Shown here piece after piece: positions 55,643-64,000 of a stretch of DNA of 64,000 bases. This DNA is from Clostridia bacterium. Its GTDB lineage: Bacteria; Bacillota; Clostridia; Oscillospirales; Acutalibacteraceae. The translations under genes were made by a program, and so were the position numbers. The stretch is from positions 31,553 through 95,552 of the forward strand of contig JAFQRF010000015.1 in NCBI GenBank assembly GCA_017410195.1, given 5' to 3'. Numbering within the stretch: position 1 is the stretch's first letter; each line of letters begins with the position of its first letter. The notes beneath the pieces were generated by a model, which worked only from the letters and a program-made list of their open reading frames with translations, did no database searches and had not been told where the DNA came from.

Positions 55643-56131
55643 ATGGCTGAATATAATCGCAGCGAGGCTTATGATCTTTCGCTCTATGACATGCCTGTTA
55701 TCAGATCGTCTGCAGCTCCGCAGATTGAACGCAGACCTGCGCCTCAGCCAGCAAAGCGCAAAACAGCCGCTCAGGCTCGCAAGGAATCAATTTCTTCCGC
55801 CCTTCGTGCGCTGAAGCTTTTTGCTGTTTCGGTAACGCTTATGGTGCTTTTTGGAGCGGTTCTCTTCTCGAAAATCAATCTTGTACTTATTGAGAATGAG
55901 AAAGCGGAAATCGAAGCAAAAATGAGTGAAGCTCGCAGCGAAAACACGAGACTTGTTATGCAGCTTAACTCATCCGCATCAATTGAAAAGGTCGATGCAT
56001 ATGCAGTTTCCGTTCTTGGAATGCATAAGCTCGAACGCTACCAGATTCACTACTTTGAAAACAGGGATGGCGACAAAGTGGTTATGGCACACGGAAGAGC
56101 GGTTGAAGATAAAGTCAATGCAGACGGTTGA
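55643..56131 (+). CDS. ftsL: FtsL-like bitopic cell division protein
   Basis: Start ATG 55643 after GGAGG; one TM helix followed by a coiled coil (ENTRLVMQLNSSASIEKV...LGM); position between rsmH and the PBP. Confidence 0.65.
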   Translation: MAEYNRSEAYDLSLYDMPVIRSSAAPQIERRPAPQPAKRKTAAQARKESISSALRALKLFAVSVTLMVLFGAVLFSKINLVLIENEKAEIEAKMSEARSENTRLVMQLNSSASIEKVDAYAVSVLGMHKLERYQIHYFENRDGDKVVMAHGRAVEDKVNADG

Positions 56132-56153
56132 AAGCTTTAATTTTGTTTTGTCT

Positions 56154-56184
56154 GCATATGCAGGGCTTAAGGTTGCATATACAT
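56154..56184 (+). promoter_or_regulatory. Possible mother-cell (SigE-like) promoter for the PBP gene
   Basis: GCATATG ... CATATACA with ATA-17 bp-CATA spacing as in Bacillus SigE promoters. Confidence 0.35.
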
Positions 56185-56338
56185 ATTAAAAAGTTATAGT
56201 CAAGGCTGTCTCAATTTCGGCGAGTTGAAAGTGTTTTCGGTGCAGAGTTCATCGGGAATCAGACTTTTGCACGCTGATTTTTGGGACAGTATCTTTTTAT
56301 AGTTATTTATTTTATTGTTTTTCGGAAGGAGAACGGCT

Positions 56339-58627
56339 TTGAATAAGATGTCGCCCAAAAGAAAATTGTTTTACAGAGCGCTGACGGTGTTTGTTGTTCT
56401 ATCCTTGGTTTTTGCCGCAACGGCCGTTAATCTTGCAAGAATTCAGCTCATTGACAGCGAACAGTATAAGCAGCAGGCAGAGGAAAATCAGCTCCACGAT
56501 ACGGAAATATCAGCGGAAAGAGGAATAATTTACGACACAAACGGAACCGTGCTTGCTAAAAGCGCATCGGTCTGGAAAATATATATAAGACCCAACAGAA
56601 TTGAAGATGAAAACTTCAAAAACGACGTTTGCAGAAAGCTTTCAGAAATAACGGGTGTTGAGCTTGAGGATATTAAGGAAAAGGCTGACAAAAATAAATA
56701 TGCCTACCTCGTTGTCAAGCGTCAGGTTGAATTCGAAGAAAAAGAGAGAGTTGCAGAGCTTCTCAATCAGTACTATTCATACAGCGTTATTGAAGAAAAC
56801 AGCGACGGAACTCTTGAAAATGTTGAAAAAAGAATATATTACAGCTCGGCGGTCGGAATTGACCCCGACGTAAAGCGATATTATCCTTACGGTAACCTTG
56901 CATCATGTGTTCTCGGATTTACGGGTACGGATGATATCGGCAGACTCGGTGTTGAACTTGAATACGATACCGTACTGACCGGTACTCCGGGCAGAATTAT
57001 TACTGCTCAGAACGGCAAGAGCGATGTTATGAGCCAGGAATTCGAAACGGTTTATGATGCCGTTCAGGGAACGGGTCTTGTTCTCACTCTTGATGAGGTT
57101 ATTCAGCGTTATCTTGAAGATGCGCTTGAGCAGGTTTATGTTGATTCAAAGGGCGTCGGCGCTCACGGCGTTGTTATGGATGTAAATTCAGGTGCAATTC
57201 TTGCAATGGCATCTTTGCAGAATTTTGACCTTAACAATCCTCAACAGCTTACCGACAAAGAAAAAAAGCAGCTTGAAGAAGAATATCCCGATGCGACCGA
57301 AAGAAGCACTGCACGCAACAATCTTCTTTATTCACGCTGGAGAAATTTCATCGTCAGCGATACCTATGAACCGGGTTCGGTTTTCAAAATCGTAACAGCT
57401 GCTGCTGCACTTGAAGAGAATGCGGTTTCTCCCGATATGTCATACAGCTGTTCGGGTAAAATTCAGGTGTCCGACAGAACTATTAAATGTCATAAGAGAA
57501 CGGGTCACGGAACTCAGAATCTCAAGCAGGGTCTTATGAATTCCTGCAACCCGCTGTTTATTACCGTCGGTCAGAAGCTCGGCAAAGAAAAGTTTTTTGA
57601 ATATTTCGAAGCTTTCGGATTTACGGAGAAAACGGGAATCGATCTTCCTGCGGAGAATATGCCCGTTTCGGGAGTAAACTACCATTCATTGAGCAGTATG
57701 GGTATTGTTGAGCTTTCGAGTTCATCTTTCGGTCAGTCATTCCAGGTTACACCTATTCAGATGGTAACCGCCATCAGCGCAATCGCAAACGGCGGAAAGC
57801 TGATGACTCCTTATGTTGTTGAAAAACAGCTTGACGAAAACGGAAATGTCATAAGCGAAACTCAGCCTGTTGTAAGACGTCAGGTTATTTCCGAACAGAC
57901 TGCGGCGACCGTTGCTGATATGATGGAAGCGGTTGTTACAAGCGGTACCGGTAAGAATGCCTATGTTGCAGGCTACAGAGTTGCAGGAAAGACGGGTACT
58001 TCACAGAAACTCGGCAAGAAGGGCGAATATGTTGCATCCTTCGGCTGCTTTGCGCCTGCCGATGATCCGGAAATCGCTGTTCTTATTCTTGTCGACGAAC
58101 CTGTAGGTCAGATTAACGGCGGTCAAATCTGTACTCCGGTTGCAGCACAGGTTGTTGAGAAAACTCTTGAGTATATGGGCGTTGAACGTCAGTATAACGA
58201 AAAAGAGCTTCAGCTTCTCGATACAAATGCACCTAACCTTGTAGGCAGCTCGGTCGGCGATGCAAAGGCGATGCTTGTCGGTGAAGGTTTTGAGGTTAAG
58301 GTTGTGGGCGAGGGCGAAAACGTACTCAGTCAGATGCCTGCGTACAATCAGTCAATGCCGCAGAACGGCGTAGTTGTTCTTTATACGGAAAAAGATGCCG
58401 AAAGGCTTACCGTTGAGGTTCCTGACCTTCGGCAGATGACTGTTTCTCAGGCAAATAAATACGCTCTCTCGGCAGGGCTTAACATTAAAATTTCGGGCAA
58501 TGCTCTTAATGCAGGCGAGCTTATCTCCTATGATCAGAGCCTTGAACCCGGAGAAGAGGTCGAATACGGCAAAACGATAACGGTTTATTTTAAATCCGAT
58601 GTCGATGTCGGTGATTATGCAGGATAA
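56339..58627 (+). CDS. Class B penicillin-binding protein (SpoVD/FtsI-like) with two PASTA domains
   Basis: Likely TTG 56339 or ATG 56348; RGIIYD, EPGSVFK (SxxK), SCN, KTGT; C-terminal APNLVG and VPDLRQ PASTA repeats. Confidence 0.92.
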   Translation: MNKMSPKRKLFYRALTVFVVLSLVFAATAVNLARIQLIDSEQYKQQAEENQLHDTEISAERGIIYDTNGTVLAKSASVWKIYIRPNRIEDENFKNDVCRKLSEITGVELEDIKEKADKNKYAYLVVKRQVEFEEKERVAELLNQYYSYSVIEENSDGTLENVEKRIYYSSAVGIDPDVKRYYPYGNLASCVLGFTGTDDIGRLGVELEYDTVLTGTPGRIITAQNGKSDVMSQEFETVYDAVQGTGLVLTLDEVIQRYLEDALEQVYVDSKGVGAHGVVMDVNSGAILAMASLQNFDLNNPQQLTDKEKKQLEEEYPDATERSTARNNLLYSRWRNFIVSDTYEPGSVFKIVTAAAALEENAVSPDMSYSCSGKIQVSDRTIKCHKRTGHGTQNLKQGLMNSCNPLFITVGQKLGKEKFFEYFEAFGFTEKTGIDLPAENMPVSGVNYHSLSSMGIVELSSSSFGQSFQVTPIQMVTAISAIANGGKLMTPYVVEKQLDENGNVISETQPVVRRQVISEQTAATVADMMEAVVTSGTGKNAYVAGYRVAGKTGTSQKLGKKGEYVASFGCFAPADDPEIAVLILVDEPVGQINGGQICTPVAAQVVEKTLEYMGVERQYNEKELQLLDTNAPNLVGSSVGDAKAMLVGEGFEVKVVGEGENVLSQMPAYNQSMPQNGVVVLYTEKDAERLTVEVPDLRQMTVSQANKYALSAGLNIKISGNALNAGELISYDQSLEPGEEVEYGKTITVYFKSDVDVGDYAG

Positions 58628-58656
58628 TTTATACGTTATTCCACGGAGGACAAAAG

Positions 58657-60105
58657 ATGGTGCTTGATTATATTTTGAAGGATCTCGGTATAACCGGGGA
58701 CTTTGAAAACAGAGAGGTTACGATGATAACCGATAACTCGGCGAAGGTTTGCGAAGGATGTATTTTTGTTTGCATCGAGGGCAGACGCTTTGACGGTCAT
58801 ACAAAAGCTGCAGAGGCTGTTGAAAACGGAGCGGCGGCGGTTGTTGTTCAGAAGGACATGGGACTGAAAAACCAGATTCTTGTTGAGAACACAAGAAGTG
58901 CGTATGCCAAAATCTGCGCTGCATTTTACGGACATCCCGAAAATAAGCTTAAAATAATCGGTGTTACGGGAACGAACGGAAAAACAACGTCATGCTTTAT
59001 ATTGAAATCCGTGCTTGATAAGCTCGGACATAAAACCGGTCTTCTCGGTACGGTGAAAAATATCGTCGGCGATAAGGAGTATCCGGCAGTTCTCACAACT
59101 CCCGACTGCTATGAGCTTTTCGGACTTTATGCGGAAATGGTTGAATGCGGATGTGAATATTGTGTTATGGAGGTTTCTTCGCAGGCGCTTGACCAGAGGA
59201 GAGTTGACGGCGTTCATTTTGATGCCGCAATTTTCACGAATCTCACTCAGGACCATCTTGATTATCACGGCAGCTTTGAAAACTACAAAGCGGCAAAGAG
59301 AATGCTTTTTGAAAATTCGGATATTGCAATTCTGAATATTGACGATGAAGCGGCATGGGAAATGGTCGAAGGAACAAACTGCAAGGCGGTTACATGCTCC
59401 GTTGAAAATAACAACTGTGACTATTCGGCAAAGAATATCAGAATAGCGGCTTCGGGTGTTAAATATGAGCTTGTGAGCAATGCCAATATCGGCAGAGTCA
59501 GATTCGGCGTTCCCGGTAAGTTCTCTGTCTATAACTCAATGGGTGCTGCTGTCTGCCTTGTTGAACTCGGCATGGATTTCAGAGAAGTTCTTGATGCGCT
59601 TGCGGAATGCGCAGGTGTGCCGGGCAGAATGGAAGTTGTCCCTACAGAAACACCTTATACCGTAATAATTGACTACGCACACACTCCCGACGGGCTTGAA
59701 AACGTGCTCAACTGTGTCCGTGAAATAACGGAAGGCAGAGTAATAACCGTTTTCGGCTGCGGCGGCGACAGAGATAAAACAAAGCGCCCGATTATGGGCG
59801 AGATTGCAACAAAGCTTTCTGATGTTGCGGTTATTACCTCGGATAATCCAAGAAGTGAGGACCCCGAATCGATAATTGAGGATATTACCGCCGGTATAGG
59901 CAAGCATAATTCCAAGGTTATCGTTGACAGCGACAGAACGGGCGCAATTAAAAAGGCGCTTGAAACCGCAAAAGAAGGGGATATTGTTATTCTTGCGGGC
60001 AAGGGTCAGGAAACCTATCAGATTCTTGCAAGCGGCAAAATCCACTTTGATGAGCGTGAGGTTGTTGCAAAAATACTTTCAGAAAAGGTCGGAGAGAATA
60101 AATGA
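58657..60105 (+). CDS. murE: UDP-MurNAc-Ala-Glu:meso-DAP ligase
   Basis: GVTGTNGKTT, MEVSSQ, NLTQDHLDYH, DYAHTPDG, FGCGGDRD, DNPR (DAP specificity), AGKG.E. Confidence 0.96.
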   Translation: MVLDYILKDLGITGDFENREVTMITDNSAKVCEGCIFVCIEGRRFDGHTKAAEAVENGAAAVVVQKDMGLKNQILVENTRSAYAKICAAFYGHPENKLKIIGVTGTNGKTTSCFILKSVLDKLGHKTGLLGTVKNIVGDKEYPAVLTTPDCYELFGLYAEMVECGCEYCVMEVSSQALDQRRVDGVHFDAAIFTNLTQDHLDYHGSFENYKAAKRMLFENSDIAILNIDDEAAWEMVEGTNCKAVTCSVENNNCDYSAKNIRIAASGVKYELVSNANIGRVRFGVPGKFSVYNSMGAAVCLVELGMDFREVLDALAECAGVPGRMEVVPTETPYTVIIDYAHTPDGLENVLNCVREITEGRVITVFGCGGDRDKTKRPIMGEIATKLSDVAVITSDNPRSEDPESIIEDITAGIGKHNSKVIVDSDRTGAIKKALETAKEGDIVILAGKGQETYQILASGKIHFDEREVVAKILSEKVGENK

Positions 60106-61457
60106 TTCCGATGACATTCAAAGAAACGGCGCAGGCGGTCAAATCATCAAGCACGCTTGAAGGAAGCTATGACTGCATCTGCACCGACACAAGAAAAATT
60201 ACCCCGGGCTGTTTGTTTATCGCTATAAAAGGCGAGAATTTTGACGGTCACGATTTTGCCGCAAAGGCTGTTGAAAGCGGTGCAAAGGCTGTTATCTGCG
60301 AAAAGGACTGCGGCCTCGGCGACAGTCAGATTCTTGTTGAAAACACCCGTCTTGCGCTTCTTGACCTTGCAGGTCATTACAGAAGCAAATTCAACATTCC
60401 CGTTATCGGAATTACGGGAAGCGTAGGTAAAACAACAACAAAGGAAATGACCCATGCGGTTATGTCCTCGAAATATAACACTCTCAAAAATGAGGGTAAT
60501 CTCAATAACGAAATCGGTGTTCCGCTTACTCTTTTCAGACTTGACGAAACTCACGAAGCTGCCGTTATCGAAATGGGTATGAGCGGTTTTGATGAGATTT
60601 CAAGAATGACAAAAGCAGTCAGACCTGATGTTGCGATTATCAGCAATATCGGCGTATCACATATTGAAAAGCTCGGCTCAAGAGAAGGAATACTCAAAGC
60701 CAAGCTCGAAATTCTCCACGGAATGAAGGAGGATGCTCCGCTTATTCTCAACGGTGACGATGACATGCTTGTTACCGCCGATGCCGGAGTACACCCCGTA
60801 ATTTATTACGGAGTTGAAAACGTTAATTCATTTTTTAAGGCATTTGATATTACCTCCAAACAAAGTGAAACCGAGATGTCGGTCGGTTACACAGGCGGTT
60901 CGGGCAGGGTGAGCCTGCCCTTCCCGGGCCGTCACAACGTCTACAATGCGTTGGCAGCCGTTGCGGCAGGCATGCAGTTCGGAATCAATGTTCAGGACGG
61001 ACTCAATGCTCTGAAAAATTATGTTCCCGCAGGTATGCGCCAGAGAATCAATAAAAAATGCGGAATAACATTTATCGAGGATTGCTACAATGCAAGCCCC
61101 GATTCGCAGGCTGCGGCTCTTGCAGTGCTTGCAGGAATGAATGCCGAAAGAACGGTTGCCGTTATCGGCGATATGCTTGAACTCGGTGATGTGAGCAGGG
61201 ATGCTCATTACGGAGTCGGCAAAAAAGCGGCGGAAAATAATATTGATGCGGTATTTACTTACGGCGAACGCTCTCTCGAAACCGCAAAGGGTGCATGTGA
61301 CGGCGGCGTTGCCTATGTAAGAAGCTTTGACGATAAAAACGAGCTTTCAAAAGAGCTTTCCTCTTATCTCAGGGAAGGCGATGCGGTTCTGTTCAAAGCC
61401 AGCAGAGGAATGAAGCTTGAGGATGTAATTTATTCCGTCTATGAAACTCTTGAATAA
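60102..61457 (+). CDS. murF: UDP-MurNAc-tripeptide:D-Ala-D-Ala ligase
   Basis: DTRK, GITGSVGKTTTKE, NLNNEIGVP, EMGM, DCYNASP, GDMLELG, KASRGM.LE. Confidence 0.96.
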   Translation: MIPMTFKETAQAVKSSSTLEGSYDCICTDTRKITPGCLFIAIKGENFDGHDFAAKAVESGAKAVICEKDCGLGDSQILVENTRLALLDLAGHYRSKFNIPVIGITGSVGKTTTKEMTHAVMSSKYNTLKNEGNLNNEIGVPLTLFRLDETHEAAVIEMGMSGFDEISRMTKAVRPDVAIISNIGVSHIEKLGSREGILKAKLEILHGMKEDAPLILNGDDDMLVTADAGVHPVIYYGVENVNSFFKAFDITSKQSETEMSVGYTGGSGRVSLPFPGRHNVYNALAAVAAGMQFGINVQDGLNALKNYVPAGMRQRINKKCGITFIEDCYNASPDSQAAALAVLAGMNAERTVAVIGDMLELGDVSRDAHYGVGKKAAENNIDAVFTYGERSLETAKGACDGGVAYVRSFDDKNELSKELSSYLREGDAVLFKASRGMKLEDVIYSVYETLE

Positions 61458-61475
61458 GGAAGGCGTGTATCGGCT

Positions 61476-62513
61476 ATGAACACCGCAGCAGCGATTCTGA
61501 CCGCAAGTATTACCGGTCTTGTTATAACGGGCGCACTCGGATTTGTTATGATTCCGTGGCTTCGCAGGCTGAAATTCGGGCAGACGATTCTTGATATCGG
61601 CCCGAAGTGGCACAGCAGCAAGCAAGGTACGCCGACGATGGGCGGACTTATGTTTATTATCGGAACCGTTGCCGCAATTCTTCTGACAGTTATAACCGAT
61701 AAGCTTATGGGCGGAGATATAACCGCGTCGGGAAGTCTTATCGCATCGGAAATGTATACAAAGCTGTGGAGCGGTGTACTCATGGCGCTCGGCTTCGGAT
61801 TTATCGGTTTTGTTGATGATTACATCAAGGTTGTGAAGCACCAAAATCTTGGTCTTACAATAAAGCAAAAAACGCTTTTGCAGCTTCTTGTCTGCCTTGC
61901 TTATCTGACAAGCATGTATATGGGCATGCAGGGCGCACCTTATATGTTTGTTCCGTTTGTCGGAACGATTGAAATCGGTTTCTTTCACTGGATTTTCGGC
62001 ATTGTCGTTATCTATGCAACGGTAAATGCCGTTAATTTTACCGACGGTATTGACGGACTTTGCGGCAGCATTACCCTCACTGCCGCAGTCTCCGTCGGTG
62101 TCATAGCTGCTCTCAAAGGACTTTTCGGCTTTTCAATGGCATCCGCTGCTCTTGCGGGTGCATGCTTCGGCTTTGTTCTGTGGAATAAAAATCCGGCAAA
62201 AGTCTTTATGGGCGATACGGGTTCGATGTTTCTCGGAGGCATGGTTGTTGCTCTTTGCTATGCAATCGGATGCCCCGTTATTCTTCTGCTTGTCGGCATA
62301 GTCTATGTTATAGAAGGACTTTCCGATGTTCTGCAGATTGTTTATTACCGTGTGACGGGCGGCAAAAGAATTTTTAAAATGGCGCCTATCCACCATCATT
62401 TTGAAATGTGTGGCTGGAGCGAAAGAAAAATCGCTCTGGTGTTTTCAACCGTTAATATTCTCGGCGGCGCAGCAGCGGTTGCTGTTATGTATTACGGCGG
62501 ATATATAATATAA
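61476..62513 (+). CDS. mraY: Phospho-MurNAc-pentapeptide transferase
   Basis: GP.WH..K.GTPTMGG, DDYIK, NAVNFTDGIDGL, PAKVFMGDTGS, MAPIHHHFE. Confidence 0.97.
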   Translation: MNTAAAILTASITGLVITGALGFVMIPWLRRLKFGQTILDIGPKWHSSKQGTPTMGGLMFIIGTVAAILLTVITDKLMGGDITASGSLIASEMYTKLWSGVLMALGFGFIGFVDDYIKVVKHQNLGLTIKQKTLLQLLVCLAYLTSMYMGMQGAPYMFVPFVGTIEIGFFHWIFGIVVIYATVNAVNFTDGIDGLCGSITLTAAVSVGVIAALKGLFGFSMASAALAGACFGFVLWNKNPAKVFMGDTGSMFLGGMVVALCYAIGCPVILLLVGIVYVIEGLSDVLQIVYYRVTGGKRIFKMAPIHHHFEMCGWSERKIALVFSTVNILGGAAAVAVMYYGGYII

Positions 62514-62535
62514 AAACAGGGAGTGAGAACACAGC

Positions 62536-63786
62536 TTGAAAAAAGAAATACTTGCTCATTTCGGGATATTCTATACAATCCGTGATTTGTTCACGGGCAG
62601 AAAAAAACTCAGGGATTGTTTTGCAACCGGTCCTCTTGATATAACGTTCCTCACGCTTGTTATTGCTCTTCTTGCAATCGGAATAGTTATGATGTTCTCT
62701 GCAAGCTATATCAATGCGTGGTATGATTCAAGTCCTGCCGTAGACAACGACCCTTATTATTATGTTAAAAATCAAATTCTTTTTGCCGTTATCGGCGTTG
62801 CATTGATGATAGCTGTTTCGTTTGTCAATCCATCAATTTTCAGAGATGCATCGGGATTCATAATGCTTGTTTCGCTATTGCTTCTCGTTTATGTTCTGAT
62901 AAATCCCTATGTCATTCCGGGCAAAGAGGAATTCAAGCGCTGGATGTGGCTGCCGGGTATCGGCTCATTTCAGCCGTCCGAAATCGCAAAGCTTGCAATC
63001 GTAATGTTCCTTGCGTTCAGCATGGAAAGGCACCACAAGCTTATTGAAAAGCATTGGTGGATGATAGCTCCGTATATTGCGGTTGTCGGTATTGTCTGTC
63101 TGCTTGTTTATAAGGAAAACCATGTTTCGGGTACGCTTCTTATCCTCGGTATAGGCGTTGCAACTATATATTTCGGCGGCGTCAGAATTCATTGGGCAGT
63201 CTATGCGTTAGGTATTGTTGCTGTTGTTATTGCGGCTATATGGTTTGTTACCAATGCAGACGATATTCTTAAAGGCTACGCCAGTGAAAGAATCCGAATC
63301 TGGCTCAAGCTTCTTACAGGCGAAGAGCTTACTGCAGCCGAAACAAGAGGCTCAGGCTGGCAAAGCCTGCAATCGCTTTATGCTATCGGTTCAGGCGGAA
63401 TTTTCGGTCTGGGATTCGGCAATTCAAAGCAGAAGCATATGTATCTTCCCGAGCCGCAGAACGACTTCGTTTTTGCCGTTGTCTGCGAAGAACTAGGCTT
63501 TGTCCGTGCGATTCTGATAGTTGCGCTTTTTGTTCTTCTTGTTGCAAGAGGATTCATAATCGGTCTGAGAGCAAGAACAAGATATGAAGCGATGGTTGCA
63601 ATGGGTATCAGCTTCCAGGTCGGTCTTCAGGCGGCACTCAATATTGCCGTTGTTACTGCAACAGTTCCGAATACGGGTATCAGCCTTCCGTTTTTCAGCT
63701 ACGGCGGTACTTCGCTTGTTATGCTGCTTTTGGAAATGGGCATTGTTCTTTCGATATCAAGAAACAGCGAAAGGAAAAAGAAATAA
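62536..63786 (+). CDS. ftsW: SEDS glycosyltransferase FtsW/SpoVE
   Basis: TTG start; FQPSEIAK, QSLYAIGSGG..GLG, LPEPQNDFVFAVVCEELG, NTGISLPFFSYGG.S. Confidence 0.93.
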   Translation: MKKEILAHFGIFYTIRDLFTGRKKLRDCFATGPLDITFLTLVIALLAIGIVMMFSASYINAWYDSSPAVDNDPYYYVKNQILFAVIGVALMIAVSFVNPSIFRDASGFIMLVSLLLLVYVLINPYVIPGKEEFKRWMWLPGIGSFQPSEIAKLAIVMFLAFSMERHHKLIEKHWWMIAPYIAVVGIVCLLVYKENHVSGTLLILGIGVATIYFGGVRIHWAVYALGIVAVVIAAIWFVTNADDILKGYASERIRIWLKLLTGEELTAAETRGSGWQSLQSLYAIGSGGIFGLGFGNSKQKHMYLPEPQNDFVFAVVCEELGFVRAILIVALFVLLVARGFIIGLRARTRYEAMVAMGISFQVGLQAALNIAVVTATVPNTGISLPFFSYGGTSLVMLLLEMGIVLSISRNSERKKK

Positions 63787-64000
63787 TGTTTGACAATAAA
63801 AGAATTCTCATTGCCGCAGGCGGAACGGGCGGTCATATAAACCCCGCTCTCGGCACGGCAGGTTATATAAAAGAAAAGCATCCTACTGCGGAGATTGCCT
63901 TTGTCGGAACTGCTGATAAAATGGAAGCAAAATTGGTTCCTCAGGCAGGATATGAGCTTAAAACAATTGAAATCAGCGGTTTTTGGCGCAGTTTTTCGGG
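63786..64000 (+). CDS. murG: MurG glycosyltransferase, N-terminal part (truncated by the window end)
   Basis: ATG 63786 overlapping the ftsW stop; RILIAAGGTGGHINPA, FVGT...MEAKLVP..GYEL..I.ISGF.R. Confidence 0.92.
   Translation, partial: MFDNKRILIAAGGTGGHINPALGTAGYIKEKHPTAEIAFVGTADKMEAKLVPQAGYELKTIEISGFWRSFS

Noticed and set aside
1-64000. CRISPR array, transposase, integrase, reverse transcriptase/DGR, tRNA or rRNA
   Set aside because: No regularly spaced direct repeats and no such ORFs or RNA signatures were recognised by eye; a formal scan was not possible

Overview
Mostly core chromosome of a spore-forming Clostridia-type Firmicute (an Oscillospiraceae/Ruminococcaceae-like lineage is an inference; GC is roughly mid-40s % by spot counts). 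Contents in order: the 3' end of polC, an acyltransferase/membrane-protein pair, an M20 peptidase, glycerate kinase, csoR-copA, spoIVB-spo0A, and an ECF sigma/anti-sigma pair embedded among three paralogous secreted proteins. Then lepA-hemW, the CIRCE-controlled hrcA-grpE-dnaK-dnaJ operon, SAM-I riboswitch-metK, an alpha-galactosidase, and a 7-gene malQ...PGM-EEP-EEP-EEP operon. Then an SIS (NagS-like)/GH84 operon, a 1850-aa secreted dockerin protein, nagA, acpP, spoVAE, an unannotated 51-aa protein, rpsT, gpr and the dcw cluster (mraZ to partial murG). I saw no transposase, integrase, phage gene, rRNA, tRNA or CRISPR array. The most interesting unexplained signals are (i) two or three orphan promoter-to-terminator units that look like unannotated small RNAs (9.7-9.8 kb and 30.5-31.0 kb), (ii) the secreted paralog family with a conserved 60-bp box and AT-rich variable bodies around an ECF pair, (iii) the giant dockerin protein with a codon-shifted N-terminal segment, (iv) a NagS-like SIS plus cytoplasmic GH84 module, and (v) a DnaA-box cluster between convergent genes. 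All family calls are from motif recognition by eye; no database search was run.
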